Positions 12,366 through 24,195 of a stretch of 64,000 bases of DNA are shown here, in pieces. Numbering within the stretch: the first letter of the stretch is position 1; each line of letters opens with the position of its first letter. The DNA comes from Octopus sinensis (taxonomy: Eukaryota). The translations under genes were made by a program, and so were the position numbers. The stretch spans positions 1 to 64,000 of the forward strand of contig NW_021832010.1 of NCBI RefSeq assembly GCF_006345805.1, written 5' to 3'. The notes under the pieces were generated by a model. It was not told the origin of the DNA, did not search any database, and saw nothing but the letters and a program-made list of their open reading frames with translations.

Positions 12366-12631
12366 CTCACTAATGTTTACTAATTTTTTTGGACGTTTAT
12401 TCATTTTATTTTCTTATAAGTTTTAAAAATCTATGGATTTTTAATAAAATTAGTAAATGACCTGAACATTTTAAATCTTTCATAACCTCTAAATTAGTTT
12501 TAATGAAGTTAGAAACTGAACATTTAATCTTGAATTTCGAGTGTGCACAGATTTTTAATGTGAAATTTGAATCTATGTTTGATTTTTAAGATACTCTATA
12601 TATTGTCTATACTGAGTACTTCGAGTATAGA

Positions 12632-13385
12632 CCAGGATATCAAACGTGCAGCCCGCGAGCCTTATGTTCAACAGTAGCATTTAGTGGAGCAATGCAACAG
12701 TACCGTGCAGTTCAATTTTATGCCTATAAAATACAAATTGCATTGGTTATCGATTCACAAAGTTGTCAAAAAAATTTATCTGTTAAAACAGGAAATAATT
12801 TCATTTATGAAAATTAAAACCCAAAAGACATACAAGATGAAAAGTGAATCTTGGATCCAAGATTATGTCTTTGCAATTAATATTACTACACCTTTGAACG
12901 ACCTTAATTTGAAATTATAAGGCAAAAAAAGCTCATAACTCAGTTGTCAAGATGATATCAAGTGTACATACGTAATGAATTTTTTCAAGTTTGAGAGAAA
13001 ACTGGATTTGTTGTTAAAGAAATTTTAGGAAAGATTTGATGATTTCTCGTTTTTCGAACACAAATTTTCAATATTTAGAGCACAATTTGCTTTCAATGAT
13101 TCAAATACAGATAAAAGTTTACAAATACAATTGTTTGAGATCCAATCGGATTTTATATTAAAAAGCTAAATATTTGGATGTCTGAATACCTGTTTTTTAC
13201 GCATTTTCCTAAAGTTTAAACAATTTAGAAATTTGCTACCAGAATAATTGCTATGTTTGTTCGACATATGTTCATAAAAACATAAATTACAGATGAAAAT
13301 TTATCGGCTTTGATTAAAGTCGGGACTACAAAAATAATTGAGCCCGACATATCAAAAATTGTATCCGAAAAAATGTCAATCATTC
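12632..13385 (+). mobile_element. Degraded hAT (Buster/SPIN-like) element
   Basis: TIR-like caggatatcaaacgtgcagcccgcgagcc; HWLSIHKVVKKIYLLKQEIISFM matches RWLSxGKVLxRFxxLxxEI; C-terminal fragments ICSFKTQI and IEPDISKIV. Confidence 0.7.
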
Positions 13386-13397
13386 GAGAAGCTCTAA

Positions 13398-14266
13398 CAG
13401 TGCTTCCCGATTGAGGGGGTGCCGGGAATGATTTTGAAAATTTAATATATTTCTTAAAATATATCATTAAAAACTCGTGGTATTTGCTGAATCTACTGAT
13501 GTTGCCAATTGCAGTCAACTATTTGCCTTTGTTCGTTATGTGTAAGGAAATTTAATTGCCGAAAAGTTTCTTTTTTTTAAAGCTCTCTAAAAAAAGTCTG
13601 CATAAATGTTTTCCATATACTTGATACTTTTTAATGCACATTATTTTTTATTGGAAATTATCGGATCAATTTAGGCCTTTAGTTATGTTAGGAAATAAGT
13701 CGGGGTTTGCAACTTATTTACATGTTCCAAATGTAAAGATTACTCACTGTGTTCTTTGTTGACATGCACTTGCATAAAAGATGTTTTAAATGAATGTATC
13801 AAAATAGTAAATTTTATTCGAGGAAGAGCTTTAAATCATAGATTTTCAAAGTATTATGTATTGATTATAATGACGCCATTGTTCTTTGTATCATATTAAT
13901 CCGTTCGTATTCAAAATAGAAAATATAGATGGTAAAAAAGAAGTTAAAGGCAAGTTAATTGAATTGCAAACATCTACATCGCAGAAAATGTTTTACAACT
14001 CAAATTCTTTGGAGGTTTTTGTTGCGGTTTGCAAGTAGGGTTTCTGAAACTTGCAAAAAAATCACTCAGATTCGGGTATCATTTGCAACAACTTGACTAT
14101 GTAAATCTGGATTTTACCCCCACTATATATAAAAAAAATAAGAACAGAAACTCTTTTAGCCCTAAAAACGACCTCGGAACTCCATTAGCAAACAAAATTT
14201 CGCGTTTCGAAGAATTAATTAAAACTAAAAGGCAAAAAAATTTCAAGTTGAGGGTGCGAAACACTG
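13398..14266 (+). mobile_element. Degraded hAT element with CAGTG termini
   Basis: Ends CAGTGCTTCCC and GCGAAACACTG; internal HCVLC*HALA...VLNECIKIVNFIRGRALNHR. The TSD is only partly matching. Confidence 0.55.
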
Positions 14267-14559
14267 ACTTATAGCATTTAGTTTTGTCTGGTTTCGTCAC
14301 AACATATCCGCGATATATGAAGGCCATGGTATTATAGAGCAACACACCAAGGAAATTTTACAAAGAATAGAGATTTATTGAAAATATGAAAAGTAGGTTG
14401 GAATCGAATCAACGGCGGTCTTTTGTAAAATTGCGGTGGACCTCATTTTAAGAAAACTCCGCCTTGGGACATACTACATTTGTTAACTAAATTATGAAAA
14501 ATCAATTACATTTAACACTTCTTTTTGGAGCTTTGATTTTGCATTGAATAAAATTTGTT

Positions 14560-14730
14560 AGCTTACTCCTCATCTAAAATAGTTACTTTTGATCTAATTG
14601 TGCTGGAGAAAAATTCAAACCATTAATAATCGGAAAATATAGGAATCCTAGATTTTTTAATTTCTCCGGAGATTTGTCACTTTTTGAGACATTAAAAAAT
14701 TATGGCTTAAACAAATTAATGCAATGGTGA
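14560..14730 (+). mobile_element. pogo/Tigger DDE_1 remnant
   Basis: CAGEKFKPLIIGKYRNPRFF matches NAxGxEKLKPLxIGKxxxPRCF. Confidence 0.6.
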
Positions 14731-14861
14731 CTTGTCAAAGACTAATTTACTTTTTTGTGAACAAGATAAATTCTTAATGTCACTATAAGTTAATGTTTCA
14801 GTAATGGATTTAGGAACCAATTAAAAAAATAAAGTATTGTCGAACAAAAATTAAAAATAAA

Positions 14862-16381
14862 CTAACACAATTCAGTTCTTCTCAGTTCGGAAATCAAAGG
14901 TTTGATCAATACCTTAAAAAGATAAACAAAATGAACTACCAAAGCACAGCTTCCGACTGAGGTAACAAGTAAATAGAAAAGATAGTGCCACAAATATGAA
15001 GAAAGAAACCCTGACAAGACCGGTCCTAATGCACCTCCTGGAAAAAATTTAACAAATATAAACCAAGAGATCCAAATCCGTCAAGAAAGCCGGTTATTGC
15101 GGCCCCACTTCTCCCCATCTTCTTAACCAAAGGGTCGTGAGACATGTCAATGGAAACTGCAGTAACAAGGAGACCAAAACATCCATTTATAGAAAATCCG
15201 ATAAAAAACAACATTACTAAAATGTAAGTCTAGTATACCTGCAGAATAGCTGTACGAAACAATGCTGTAGAAGTTGTAAAAGAACAAGAGAGGGCATGCA
15301 ACGATGGATAAAATCTCGCATACGAGGATACGTCTTCCGAGAAAGTCGGTGGCTAAACCACCCACAATGACTCCAAGAATACTTCCCATGTCGTAGAAGG
15401 TCGACATCCTCCCTGCTTGCTCTGGAGTGAATTTGGAATGATATTTGTGGAGAATATAAACAGGGAGCCAATATAGAAGAGTATAACTTGTCAATTTGAG
15501 AAAAAATGACGCAAAAGAGTACAGGAAAATATTCTTTTTAATTATCAAGATTATAAAAACCGGAATTTTAAAGAGATTCTTTAGGGAAATGGATTCATGG
15601 GTCGAATCTTCATTTTCTTCATCTTCCAAAAGTCGATAGGTTTGAACGACGATTCCGACAGATTCAAGTCCTTCACAAATGGTTATAAATTATAACTCTC
15701 CAGAAGGAAGAAAAAAGTAAGGATGGGAAATAATAAAAGAAGAAGTCCGGGGACGACAAATGACCACCCCCAATCGGTTTTTAGAAATAAAGAGGCAATC
15801 AAAGTGCCGACAATGTTTCCGAGACTTGCATTGGACGTCCAAATTCCCATAATCAGTCCTCGACTAGAATAAGTTTACGACAAGAAACAGTTTGAAGGAA
15901 GACCAGTTGGACATGACAGCGACAACGCAAGGCCAACTCGCAGACATTGCCAGTCCACAAAACAACTATGCCTTATGTAAATTCAAGTACTTGGATAAAT
16001 AAATAGTACATGTATGAGTGTATAGAGTAGAAATACCCAATCCCAAACATCATGGTGAACACTGCAGCCAAGATGTTGGAGAAAGATAAAATGTAGCGGA
16101 GTCCCAGTCCTTCCACGGTCTGAGCGAAAGGAAACATTCCTGCGGCATAGCCAAAGAGAAATGCTGAGTCCAGTCCGCCCAAAAGAGTTTTGTAATTACT
16201 TTTATCTGAATTTATTAAACAATTAATCATTATTTGATTGGTAATTAGATCGACCGCATCTATACCGAAAGGAATCCAGGCTTGGGAGCAGTTTGTACAA
16301 TTGACGGGATGGAGAACAGTCTAAAATGATTTATTACATTTTTGTACCTTAACAATGCTGAGCGGATTATCTAAATGCCTT
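14862..16381 (-). CDS. SLC37A: SLC37A1/2/3-like sugar-phosphate exchanger (MFS), multi-exon; 5' exon not located
   Basis: PLSIVK, YKTLLGGLDSAFLFGYAAGMF, WPCVVAVMSNW...RGLIMGIWTSNASLGNI, KLTSYTLLYWLP, DMGSILG, NGCFGLLVTAVSID, TGFLDGFGSLG|GALGP; 24-30-nt GT-AG introns; stop at 14862. Confidence 0.88.
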
Positions 16382-16424
16382 TTTGTAAATAATAATTCAT
16401 AATAGTTTATACGCGAGTCATCCG

Positions 16425-16514
16425 AAAAAAATATTTTCTGCATTTTGGTTAAAATGAACAACAACGATGTCCTCGACTCACATGATGAAGTTTCTTTAAA
16501 CCTTTTCTCCAAAA
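16425..16514 (+). repeat. Solo monomer of the 94-bp Helitron minisatellite
   Basis: attttctgcattttggttaaaatgaacaacaacgatgtcctcgactcacatgatgaag matches the unit at 40348-41510 with few substitutions. Confidence 0.9.
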
Positions 16515-16959
16515 ATAGAACTAATACTGTCGATTAACATAAGAAATTGAATTTAAAAGACGGTCTTCTGTTTACGTATTTCGGGTGGAAAATGTTACTC
16601 AACAAACAATTGAAAAATAAGAGATTTAGAGGTTTGACTGTATCTTGGTTTGGTTGAGAGTCCAGCCTCATTAATTACTCCAGAAACGAAAAAGTGCGTA
16701 GTGGAGAGTGTTGATAGTAGTGCGGGAATGCAAAATTTGTCTCAATGGACGAAACTTGTTTCATTCCTTGAATACTGTTTTTCCTCTACCTAGAACCGTT
16801 GAATAGAGTTTTCACTGCCCTATTTGAACAAATGTCGCGATCTCAATGCTAAACTACTACTTTGGTCTAGTCGAATTTGAGGTGTGCGAGTGATTGGACC
16901 TTATTGTTTAAAAAGTACTCCGAGAGAATCACGCTTACGTGTTTGCCAGCAATAAAAAG

Positions 16960-17330
16960 ATTTTATTTGTCTCGCGGGCAGCTAGGCGTGGACTGAGTTG
17001 TTACTCAAATATGCGAATTCTTACTGTAACTTACATCAGCCCTAGCTCATTTCAAGAAGGTCATACGTCCTCTTCCTACTTCCACTTTCTGCATTCCAAC
17101 CTCCATGATAACAGTCTTGTTGCTGACTTTATCTTGGATCACAATCTCGGGTTTGTTGTGCTGGAAACTAAAGCACACCTTTGAGTTCTCACACAGCGAT
17201 TGAATTTACTTGCCACCTCGTTATGTCTTTATGTACAATCATGATGCAGCACATTCGAGCACTTGGTGATTAAATGGTCAACGGTCATCGCTTTACTTCT
17301 ACATTGGCTACATTGTTCCCTTTGACCATT
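16960..17330 (-). mobile_element. R4/NeSL-type RLE retrotransposon fragment, copy 2
   Basis: CRSKAMTVDHLITKCSNVLHHDCT*RHNEV...HNKPEIVIQDK...VIMEVG...YDLL.NELGLM. Confidence 0.75.
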
Positions 17331-18184
17331 GTTTTTCTTGATTCACTTTGAACTTATTGATGAATGTGAAAGAATGTTTGAAAAAAATTACTCGTTAGAG
17401 ATGAAACTTTCTTTTACACAACTTATTTATGAAAATCTGAAAACAAAATTAGATGCAAGCTAGGTAAGTAACTAAAAGGATAGTCAAAAGCCTGAAGGTC
17501 AGCTTAATGACGCCGTGTCGCGGAGCACAGCGACCGAGATTCGTCGAAAAAGTCAGCTCGTCTTTCTTAGGTCGTTTGTTTTCGAAGAAATTTTCCTACC
17601 GATGTCATTTAGGAGTTAAGTCAAAAATCCTCTTTTGGATGCTATTCGGTAAATTAGAACACTTGTAAAATCAAACACAATCTCCCTCTGCTTAATAATT
17701 GTGGAATTTAAGTCAAAATATATAATATGTGACCGGCACATTTCTAACAAATGGTAGATCAAATCTGCCACTTTGCCTACATTTCCAAGCAAAGGAGCAC
17801 AAACAGTTTTTTTGCATTTCCAAGCAAAGGAGGAATTGGATGTTTAAAGGGAAGGATATTCCTGTATCTGAACTTCGAACTGCAGCAATTTCCAGGCATT
17901 CATGTCCTAAATTGACTGCAATTCGGAAGGAGCGGTTCTTATTTTTGGGATATCTAATAATAAAATAAGTATTGCATACTTTTTAATGTCTCATCACATA
18001 TAAGCCATTCGCTCCATAGTTTTATCAAATCTATCAGTTTTTATCAAATCTCGATTTTTACCCAAAACTAATGCTACCAAAATTTTATATTTTCTATCTT
18101 TCATATATTCAGGTTATTACTCGTAACGGTATTATCTTGCTAAAAATTGTATTGTCTTTTGCAAATAAGAATTTGTTTTTTGCA

Positions 18185-18330
18185 TACACAGGATCACTAT
18201 ATGTTCATTGCAAAAAAGCAGGAAGAATGCGGATTATCTAGCCACGCAGTCTGGTAGCATCCTAAACACTGATTATCTCCGGAAACATAATGAAGTGCTA
18301 AAAATGATTTTCTTCCATTTCTCGTTAAAT
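18185..18330 (+). mobile_element. R4/NeSL-type RLE retrotransposon fragment, copy 3
   Basis: HCKK/SRKNADYLATQSGSILNTDYLRKHNEVLKMI. Confidence 0.7.
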
Positions 18331-19505
18331 ATGGTTAAAAGCTTTTTGAAATCAAATTATCTGGATTGGATATTTTTTGCGTCAGTAGAGGTTTCTGTTT
18401 GCTACCCAGGCATTTTTGAATACACGTCAACAGTAAAATTAGTTTTGGCGATTTCAGATACACAAAAAATTATGGTTCATTCTTCGAGATTAATTGTAAT
18501 GTATTTTTCTGAACTAAAGCCAGTTTTGGGAACGTTCTAATGCAATTTTTTGCGATGTGATGCCGTCTTTAGAAGATTTTCTTGTCACAAATCCCAAAGT
18601 CAATCTTTAAATTTGTAGCATTAAAAATTTTTGTCATTCCCCAAATAAAACACAAGAAACGGAAAAAATAAAGTCACATAATCCCTACACGCTTTAAAAA
18701 GCTCTTATCTTTGATAATAACTTCCTTTTCCACGAGATCCATAATATTTATAACTCAGCTTGGGCAAAACACAAACTTTATTTTTGAGTGAAAAACAGTT
18801 AATTTTAACTAATCATATAACAATGATCTTCACTTTTTATGCGCATCCTTTCTAGACAATCCAGTTGAGATTAATCCTCATCTTTATTGCTATTGTTGCA
18901 TAACCCCGATCTCACATTAAGTTATGAGACCAGCAGCTTGCAGAAACAACAGCGCCCTCCCAGGTTGCTCCCATAGGACCTCCGGGGAGTGAATGGCAAA
19001 TTTTTTACATAGTGAAAAAAAACAGGACAGCGGAATAGATGGGCAGTTGTGTGCTTGTCAGCACGGCAATCCTCATCTTTATATTTTTTTATGCTAAGCA
19101 AATAATTTAAATCTTGTCAAGAATTGTTGCAAAATATTAATTTATAATTTTTTTAGAAAAAAAGTCGAAATAAAGCATATCCAACTGTTTTTATTTGCCA
19201 CTGTATTCCTCTAAAGATTATTCCTTTGTCATATTTACAATCATCAGGAGATTATCTAGCACTTTGTAATTATTAAGATCGAATTCTATAATTCTCTTTA
19301 TTTTCCACTTACGCAATATTATCGAACATTTTAATAAAATAACAATCGAACCATAACCAATCAAGACTATCAAATAAAGTGGCATCCTTTCATATGACAG
19401 CGTAGACTAGTGCTCTCATAATATAAATCTAATAATTAACAAATGAAAAGACTTTATTCTAGCAATACTAATTGCTGTCACATGAAAATAGAACTAGTTA
19501 TTAAA

Positions 19506-22100
19506 TTAAACGTCGTGCAAAGGAAAATATTTATTCATTCTGCTGGGGAGAAAACACCAGGCAGTGACTACGAAAAACACAATCGTGATCAGTTCCGAGA
19601 GAACAACCGACACCCAAAACAAATCATACGGAAGAACGGCGTTTAGAAAGTACACAAGAACTCTCGACAAATACAAGTAACACACGACCTTGAGATTAAA
19701 ATTCAATAGCACACCAGAAAATAAAACGACGAAATAGTTTAAGCTTCCGCAAGTTGACCTTAGCCTTGTGATCACATTTGAGGTGAGACTTGAGCAGTTG
19801 GATAGAACTTGATAAAGAATAACACTTACTGAATAAAGGAAAACAGAAGTATTGCACAACACATCAAGTCTACAATGAGAAAGACCAGTCTCCAGGCTTT
19901 GAAGGCTCGATTGAATTGCTTGTTCTCCTCAATAACGACATAGGCCACATTCGCCAATATCTACACTCAAACCAACTACTAACCTGAAGAGAAATCAGCA
20001 GAAAGAAAAGGCGTTTATCACAAGGAGAGAGAATGTGTTTGATGAAGATCCAACCTGCCCCAATGAGAGCAATTGTGGCCACCATGAAGGCTCCATTCAT
20101 TCTGAGAATAAGCAGGAAAACTACACGTAGGTTATGTAAAATGTCACAGGCTGGATAATTCCCTGGGTTGGATAATACCCCCTTAAAAATTTTATTAAAA
20201 TAAAACGAAAATAACCTGATAATTAATTAAAAATAACTTGATAATGAAATTAAGTCGATTTATTCAATTTTTTATCAATTTTTTGATTGAATGAATTTTT
20301 CCAAGAATCGACAAAAACCGGCATCACCAATTTTTCCGAATCAATAACGTATTTTACTATAATTATACAATTTTTTAGGTCTACCATTTAAAAACAAATA
20401 TTAAAAATTCATAAATTTTTATTATATAAAATTTTTTTATAAGAGTCATTTTTTTATACGACTTTTGTGTACATGTTTGGATAATTCGTCATTCAGATCG
20501 AAATAATCGGATCCAATTATCTCCGATTGACTTGATTCAGCCGCTTCATTTCCATCGAATGACAATAACGCCGGTCTTATTTCCTCCGGGATTAAATGAT
20601 TTCCTCGCATAAAAATTTCGAAAGGTGTCATCTTGGTCGTTTCATGCTTCGCCATGTTATATTTATAAACGATTTCTTGATAGAAGTCTTTATAGCTTCC
20701 AAAAAACCCATTTGAGGCACTAGTTGAGCTAATCCACCTTTTGATCGATTGATTGAATCTAAAGATAAATTTACAAATAACTTGCCTTTCTCTGTAGAAT
20801 AAATGGGGGACCAATCATGTAAAAAATATTCTTTAATTTTCTAGTAATTTCCTCCGCTGATTTCCGCCTGGCAAGTTTTACAACTGCGAATTTAGAAAAT
20901 GAGTCTATAACCACAACCAACTACAATTTATACAAAAAGAAATACCCATCCATTATCGCTACTAAGGCTAGCATACCTTCTTAAATCTATCCCTTCCTCC
21001 TCGAAAATTAACTATTCTGCTAATTTTCTGTATCTTTTTCAGATTTCTGCAATCGGTAATATAAAAAACATCTATTTGAATATTTTTGATTACTTCAAGT
21101 TCATCTTTGGTAAGGTTGAGAATAACCATTTCTGAAATATAGATTTGATCGATTATACTTATTATTTTTTCAAATTGGAAAACTTAGATAACCAAAACAA
21201 ATTTACATGCTAGATTAGTTTGAAAAAAACTTTGATAAATTACTAAAATAATTAAGAAAATCAAAAAATCTAATCAAAATTAATTTGAAAAAATATTTAT
21301 TTTTTTAAAATAACGTTGAGAGGGCATTATCCAACCCAGGGCATTATCCAGCCGGTGACATAAAATAATGTGGCGAAAGCAAGATCATTCAGTCCGTGTG
21401 TCTTGACAAAAAAGTAGTTCAACTAAAATATTCCAAGACCGAATACATCAAAAAAGAGTAAAGAAACAGCCTTCAAAACCACCACCATCAACATCATGTA
21501 GTGAGGACCCATCCCCCGCGGACAACTCACCAGAATGGAACACCAGGAAACGACAGCAATCAAATATAGCAATGAAAATAAGACATAAATCAAAGGCAGT
21601 GGAGTTTCGCCTGCCGATAAATAACTATTTCCATTTATTTCCGTCAAATCAGCCAAAAGTGACACTTTAAAGGCATCTCTGCAATTATGGTAGTGTACTC
21701 CCCCTCACTCATCCTGCCCATGTAGAACACCATTTGACATTATTGCACTACTCATACGTCCAAGCTGTAAAAATAATCCTGTCGGGAGATCAACACGTTC
21801 TCCGCCGACTGACATTGCTGGTCAAACCAATCGCAGGAGGCATTAGTCTGCCCGTCCACCACAAATATGTAAAGAACCTTTAACCACAAGAGGTTCTTTA
21901 CTTGTTTCCTACTTATTGTGACGTGTCTTAACACTATATGTCGTACATAACCCTGAGAGTTCCCCAGAAGTACCCCACTATAAAATTTACGGGCTTCTTC
22001 TCTGACCTATTCCTCTCCTTCAAGCGAGGGCGGTCAAGGCTGATCAATTAAATCCTTAATAATGCGTTCAAGAAGGGATTTTAGATTCATTTTAATCCCA
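19506..22100 (-). pseudogene. GPR107: GPR107/GPR108 (lung seven-TM) gene interrupted by a transposon, with two apparent frameshifts; 5' boundary approximate
   Basis: EINGNSYLSAGETPLP, TIALIGAGWIFIKHIL, LANVAYVVIEE, VDLMCC, VNLRKLKLFRR, FFVVTAWCFLP. Insertion at 20142-21360. Frameshifts near 21694 (EGEY/YHNC) and in the A-run at 19723-19726. Confidence 0.85.
20142..21360 (-). mobile_element. Ginger-like (rve integrase) TIR DNA transposon, 1219 bp, 5-bp TSD TAAAA
   Basis: ~40-bp TIRs TGTCAC(A/C)GGCTGGATAAT(T/G)CCCTGGGTTGGATAAT; TAAAA at 20137-20141 and 21361-21365; decayed integrase VVIDSFSKFAVVK...IGPPFILQ...YNMAKHETTKMTPFE. Confidence 0.92.
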
Positions 22101-23159
22101 GAAGCCAAAGACCTCGGTTTTTTGAACAGTGCTCAAAAGTTCAAGTCCAAAAGGTGCAAAACAGAAAAGACAAATCCAGGATTTGCATAACTGGAGTGCC
22201 TACTCAACAATTTGAGAACATTCCCAATTTTTGTCATCTTTTTTCGGATATCACAATTTTTTCCATTTAAAATATATTTTGCTGTGGCTTAACAGAATTG
22301 TGGACATGAGAGACTTTACGGTATCATTCTCTAACTAATGAATTGGTGCCCCGACATTCATTACTCTCAGTCACTGCTAATTGGTGGGTTTTTAAGATCT
22401 CATTTTGTAAAAATGAATGCAAACATGGACCCCAAGTGTGTTGTGTTATCATCGTGACTTTTTTTTGTAATTAGATGAACAGTTTGTGTTATACTGGATT
22501 TGAAAAGTATAACAAATATTCTAAGCAGGCTTGTATTTCGTAATTGCAGTCCTAATTACATATTATATTTCTTGTAATGGATGGCAACTACATACAAGGA
22601 CCCGCCTGTCCCTCCTCTGCGGGGTCAGCGACAGTTAACGTCCCCAGGACTTCAAAAACACAGTCTATACATACCTCCAAAGTACCCCACCCCAACCACA
22701 CAGGAAACCCCAACTCCCAGGACCGCCTGCTCACCGTGAGACGAAAGACCGACAGTCGGAAAACGTGTGCTGGCCTGTCAGGATAAGGCCAGACAAGCCG
22801 GGCGAGGTCGCTGGGGGGGTCTCTCCCGGGAGATTGTGTGGCGAGTACTGTGTGTGGTGGACGACAGTCAGTCCTCTTGTTGGCCAGACAAGGAAGGGAC
22901 TGTTCTGGTCTCATTTGGCCTGATTGGTAGGCTTGGTCGAACACGTCGTGAATGCATCCAAAATGAGAATTCTGTTATTAGAGGACTGACAGTATGTTTA
23001 TGTCACTCTCCACGGAATACGCGTGTGTTGTCCCCGACTGTTGAATGTACTGGTTTGTACTGACTGAGAGGAACAAGCAAAGGCGTTTATGGTGGCTTGT
23101 CTTTTGCAGAGGAAAGTGACTAGTGGCATATTTATCTTAGAAAAGTGATGTAGCCATCA

Positions 23160-23250
23160 GTCTCATATCGTCTACAATGAGGACAGTGGGACCACCAATG
23201 TTCTCAGGATCGACCGAGACTGTAGGCATTTATCACTTTAGTTATTGATT
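23160..23250 (-). pseudogene. Older duplicated fragment of EFL1 (domain III) including a micro-intron
   Basis: ctcatatcgtctacaatgagg..tgggaccaccaat.ttctcagg...accgagactg aligns with EFL1 25290-25355, intron included. Confidence 0.75.
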
Positions 23251-23319
23251 CAGTATTCACTAGTTTTCTCAGATTTCTTAATACGGTTTCAAGATAGATA
23301 AAACAGACGACATCGAATC

Positions 23320-23530
23320 ACTTTAGGGGGTTCCAATATTTGTTTTAAAAGACCTTGAATATATGAATCCAATATAAACTGGCAACTCTACGCAGTTACC
23401 AAACCATTCTGATCGAGAAATCATAAAGAATAGTCTTAAAGACATTTCTTTGCGGATCGTGTTAAATACCCTGCTCATATGAATGTTCAATATTGAGATC
23501 GCCATTTCAAATTTGTGACACATGGCACAG
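23320..23530 (-). mobile_element. RTE-like RT fragment
   Basis: ISILNIHMSRVFNTIRKE resembles the IDMSxAFDTI RT motif of the family seen at 44440, 48497 and 60040. Confidence 0.45.
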
Positions 23531-24195
23531 ATATGCCCCTATACTACATCTACAGTTGATCTCCCAGGACTAAATCCACATTGACTCCGACAGATAGTCA
23601 TTGAAAGAATCTTTAATGCTGTCAAGTGGTACGAACAACAAGATTTATCTTATTGTGTTCAGGAATATGCCAAATGTTGCTAAGAAGACCTCGCAGTTTG
23701 TTAGATGTATAGAAGAAATCAACGTTTCGCTGTGCGCTATAAAATTCAAAAAAAACTACATTCCTATCCCTGCTTATTTATGAATTCAGGTCATAATTTA
23801 GTTAACATTTCCGTGTATTATCTGTTAGTTAAATACAATTTAATTATTAGTGTATTAATCGAGCCATAAGGAGGATCACTCCAAACCCGTAAATTATATG
23901 TGATGGAAATGTAACTATAATTTATAAATAAAATCTCAACTTGACTTTTTGTTAATTTGTCTCACCATCAAGGCTGCAGATGTATTCTAAATGTTAGAAA
24001 TTAATATGAATACAATAAAATCATCGACCCTTGAAAATATTTTATCAAATAATGTTTCATCTTGGGCGAATATTAAACCAGCAAAAATGAGAAAGACAAT
24101 CATTCTGATTTAACTGCGCAAAATGCTATATTTATACCATTATTCATAATTAGCACACTTACGTCTAATTTTACTGAGAAATATAAAATAGTGAA

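Noticed and set aside
16530-16560. SYVNR (minus strand) as the missing first exon of SLC37
   Set aside because: It is followed immediately by a stop and has no hydrophobic TM1 or usable splice donor.
10116-21903. 18-nt inverted match atgtaaagaacctttaac (10116-10133 vs ~21868) and an 11-bp hairpin at ~21870-21901
   Set aside because: Short and AT-rich with no flanking similarity; plausible by chance in 64 kb.
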